From Okeania sp. (GTDB lineage: Bacteria > Cyanobacteriota > Cyanobacteriia > Cyanobacteriales > Microcoleaceae): DNA of 27,812 nt. The notes under the pieces were generated by a model, which saw only the letters and a list, made by a program, of their open reading frames with translations, did not search any database and was not told the DNA's origin. Below are positions 25,781 through 27,812 of the stretch, piece after piece; position 1 is the first letter of the stretch, and each line of letters begins with the position of its first letter. Position numbers and translations under genes: made by a program. The DNA lies in NCBI RefSeq assembly GCF_035285525.1, contig NZ_JAYKGW010000097.1, positions 1 through 27,812 on the forward strand, written 5' to 3'.

Positions 25781-27106
25781 ATGCACACAACAGCAATTGA
25801 TTTTATACAGCGTTTTACAGGAAAGAATTTAAGCAATCGAAATATACTCGAAGAGTTTTCAGATCGAGTCAGATTCTCTAGTTGGTTAAAAAAACAATAT
25901 CCTAATACGTCACCAGAAATATACAATGCCATGCTGTTGATGGCACGACCATATTTTGAGTATAAAGATACGCCCGTATACGTTGTATCATTGGTCGATA
26001 CACTTTTTATTACGGGACGTAGTGACTCTAGCATCAGCTTTATCCGACCTAATACTTTAGGCACTCAAAAACAAATGATACTTGATGTACCACATGCCGG
26101 AACCTTACCACCTTCTTGTGTTGATGGACTATTATCTGATGACGTAATTGCTGATAAATCCGTATGCTCTAGCAATCCTTACACAATTTGGAATCAAGCA
26201 GATGTTGGGGTTTTGGAGGTATCTGGAAGTATTTGGCAAAATAATCAAAATTTTGTCTGTGGTTCGGCAGTATTGACAAATTTAATTATCAGCAATGGCA
26301 ATCGCTCCCCAGCAAAAGAAGGTAGAACTAATCAGGTCTACAATACACACACTTATCGTGGGACTCCTCTATACAAAGATATTTCTCAGCCTACGGTCGA
26401 AACAAAACTAGGGTTAAAAAAGAATCATGATTTGAGTATTGCTGTAGCTGGAGCATGTCGTGCTGCTGCGTATATGACAAATCCGAATTATCCTATTATC
26501 TGTTTAGAACCACATAGTTATTCAGCATTTTCCCATGAAATACTCGATGCGTTATTTTCACCAAAACTAGATGGTATGAACTTAACTAAATTTGCACCGC
26601 ACAATGGTGGTACAGATACCAAAGCACTACTAGATTATCTGCGCAATACCTATGACTTGAAATCGTATCAAGAGTTAGTTAGACCATTGGTGTCAGTCTT
26701 AGATGTCTCAAATCCTGACGAACCAGATAAATACAGTACTGTTAATCGCTCGCAAATGGAAGCTTTTGTCGATCCCTTTATAAGGATGATACGGGATGCT
26801 TCTCACAGACTACCTATTAATATTGATAATTGGGAAAAATCCCGTCCTGATGTTTATGGTGCTACCAATACCATACTGAAAAGGTTAGAAGAAGCGATCA
26901 AAAAAGCCAATTATTATCTTGACATTAATGATGACAACCTAATATCAAAAACTATAAATACGGTGACAATTGAATATAATAGGGGACTGGTAACATCCAA
27001 CGAAACCTCTAACATCCACACCAGTGAACAAGATTTTTACGAGCGTTGTCAATTGCTCGGTGCGGCATTTGTAGCTGGCATCAATAATATGCAAAATCTG
27101 TTTTAA
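25781..27106 (+). CDS. Hypothetical protein, 441 aa, no family recognised
   Basis: A long uninterrupted ORF in an AT-rich, stop-rich background. Both antisense track ORFs look like shadows of it. There is no signal peptide, transmembrane segment or motif that I can name. Confidence 0.7.
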   Translation: MHTTAIDFIQRFTGKNLSNRNILEEFSDRVRFSSWLKKQYPNTSPEIYNAMLLMARPYFEYKDTPVYVVSLVDTLFITGRSDSSISFIRPNTLGTQKQMILDVPHAGTLPPSCVDGLLSDDVIADKSVCSSNPYTIWNQADVGVLEVSGSIWQNNQNFVCGSAVLTNLIISNGNRSPAKEGRTNQVYNTHTYRGTPLYKDISQPTVETKLGLKKNHDLSIAVAGACRAAAYMTNPNYPIICLEPHSYSAFSHEILDALFSPKLDGMNLTKFAPHNGGTDTKALLDYLRNTYDLKSYQELVRPLVSVLDVSNPDEPDKYSTVNRSQMEAFVDPFIRMIRDASHRLPINIDNWEKSRPDVYGATNTILKRLEEAIKKANYYLDINDDNLISKTINTVTIEYNRGLVTSNETSNIHTSEQDFYERCQLLGAAFVAGINNMQNLF

Positions 27107-27112
27107 CTTTCC

Positions 27113-27151
27113 TGGCTTTCCCATGGGACGCTCTCCCGCAGGGGAAAGCCA
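27113..27151 (+). terminator. GC-rich hairpin 7 nt after the stop of the 441-aa ORF
   Basis: TGGCTTTCCC (27113-27122) pairs with GGGAAAGCCA (27142-27151), a perfect 10-bp stem. The 19-nt loop can pair further (GGGA/TCCC). There is no clear T-run. Confidence 0.4.
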
Positions 27152-27164
27152 AGACCAGGATTCG

Positions 27165-27329
27165 GACACCAGCACGAATTTGGTAAATGTTATCGGGAAC
27201 AATAGTTTTTTCTGCTAATAAATGACCTGTTGTTGTTAAATTCTCCACTAATATTTTACCTAATTTATCATCAGCTTCGGTTCTTGTATCAGAAACTTTT
27301 AGGACGGCGATTTTTAAGGGTAGTAAAGA
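27165..27329 (-). pseudogene. Internal fragment of a MoaB/Mog-family molybdenum cofactor biosynthesis gene
   Basis: My minus-strand translation, SLLPLKIAVLKVSDTRTEADDKLGKILVENLTTTGHLLAEKTIVPDNIYQIRAGV, parallels E. coli MoaB TRIAILTVSNRRGEEDDTSGHYLRDSAQEAGHHVVDKAIVKENRYAIRAQV. A stop (27330-27332) lies immediately upstream and there is no start codon. Similarity ends at about 27165, so the GGTG block and the rest are missing. Confidence 0.6.
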
Positions 27330-27480
27330 TTAGTTTTAGTTCATTTTTGTGAGTTTTAAATTAAGCTTTAACGGAAATACTTTTCTACTTCTAAAACACT
27401 TTTACCAAAACAACTATTGACAATTGTTGTTACGCGATCGCTGTTTAAGTTAGGCAGAGAATTGCTGATAGGGGATTTCA

Positions 27481-27812
27481 CTAAGCGTGAGGTACACCCA
27501 CGCGGGCAAGATGCCCGCACTGGAATATTATAATTATCAATATTTGTACCTCACAAGAAAAGGGAAATGCTATTATTGTTAATTCTAAATATCCTGAATC
27601 ACTGGTAACAAAGAATCTAATTTTATTGTTTTCCCATAGCCAAACTTCAGGAATTTTTAAGTATTGATATTTAGTTAAATCGTCGATACTTCCTGATGTG
27701 AGATTTATTTCTACTGCCAAATCTGGCTTGTCTTTATCTATTTCGAAACAGTAAGCTACATCAGGTTCTTTTCCTTCTTTTCCTTCTTCTTTAAGAGTAG
27801 TTTTATTGTAAG
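27481..27812 (-). CDS. Uma2-family (DUF820) endonuclease, 5' end beyond the window
   Basis: The frame stays open to the window edge (...YNKTTLKEEGKEGKEPDVAYCFEIDKDKPDLAVEINLTSGSIDDLTKYQYLKIPEVWLWENNKIRFFV...). It shares the PD...(A)VEI and KIPEVW blocks with the 16550-17193 gene. The last 23 codons or so are supplied by an inverted-repeat element. Confidence 0.7.
   Translation of the reverse strand, partial: YNKTTLKEEGKEGKEPDVAYCFEIDKDKPDLAVEINLTSGSIDDLTKYQYLKIPEVWLWENNKIRFFVTSDSGYLELTIIAFPFSCEVQILIIIIFQCGHLARVGVPHA
27487..27554. repeat. Nested inverted-repeat element occupying the 3' end of the Uma2 ORF
   Basis: The outer arms are GTGAGGTACA (27487-27496) and TGTACCTCAC (27545-27554). The inner perfect hairpin is GCGGGCA-AGA-TGCCCGC (27502-27518). 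It is locally GC-rich in an AT-rich context. Confidence 0.6.

Noticed and set aside
25781-27106. Assigning the 441-aa protein to a papain-like or transglutaminase-like thiol hydrolase because of NFVCGSAVL and downstream His residues
   Set aside because: The spacing to candidate oxyanion and His/Asp residues does not fit either family convincingly by eye. The idea is kept only as something to test with profile and structure searches.
25759-27202. Minus-strand track ORFs 25759-26064 and 26945-27202
   Set aside because: Both are antisense shadows of the 441-aa ORF. The real minus-strand signal near here is the MoaB fragment, in a different frame (27165-27329).

Overview
AT-rich cyanobacterial chromosomal segment. 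Evidence for the origin: at least ten perfect HIP1 octamers (GCGATCGC at 1090, 5453, 8693, 11307, 16536, 17747, 21007, 21723, 22535, 27434), many heptamer STRR-like tandem repeats, pentapeptide-repeat genes and a carboxysome ccmP gene. I support 15 CDSs, including a partial Uma2 gene at the right edge, plus 4 decayed genes. Three of those four are missing from the ORF track or only visible by joining its ORFs. By my coordinates only about 70% of the window is coding. The 400-740 bp intergenic spacers are packed with dispersed repeats, two MITE-like families with terminal inverted repeats, and tandem arrays. Confident calls are a TPR-CHAT protein, rtcB, ccmP, a single-domain response regulator, an ABC-F ATPase, a DNA methyltransferase, two pentapeptide-repeat proteins, two FAD oxidoreductases and a metallophosphoesterase. 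Six things deserve most attention. (1) Four same-strand genes at 20.8-25.6 kb are headed by a Fur/Zur-type palindrome next to a perfect TATAAT. They encode an oxidoreductase, a CxCC-less G3E-like NTPase, a metallophosphoesterase with Cys at two canonical metal-ligand positions, and a ligand-less paralogue. (2) A restriction-modification pair has an intact methyltransferase, but its PD-ExK nuclease gene is interrupted by one in-frame TAA. (3) A Uma2 nuclease gene is frameshifted in an A8 run. (4) An orphan 441-aa ORF lies next to an internal MoaB gene fragment and a GC-rich hairpin, which looks like a replacement scar. (5) The TPR-CHAT protein appears to have lost its catalytic His motif. (6) One pentapeptide gene carries six perfect 15-bp repeats. 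All family assignments come from motifs read by eye. No database search was run. I cannot name a clearly novel system with confidence, and the metal-box cluster is my best candidate.
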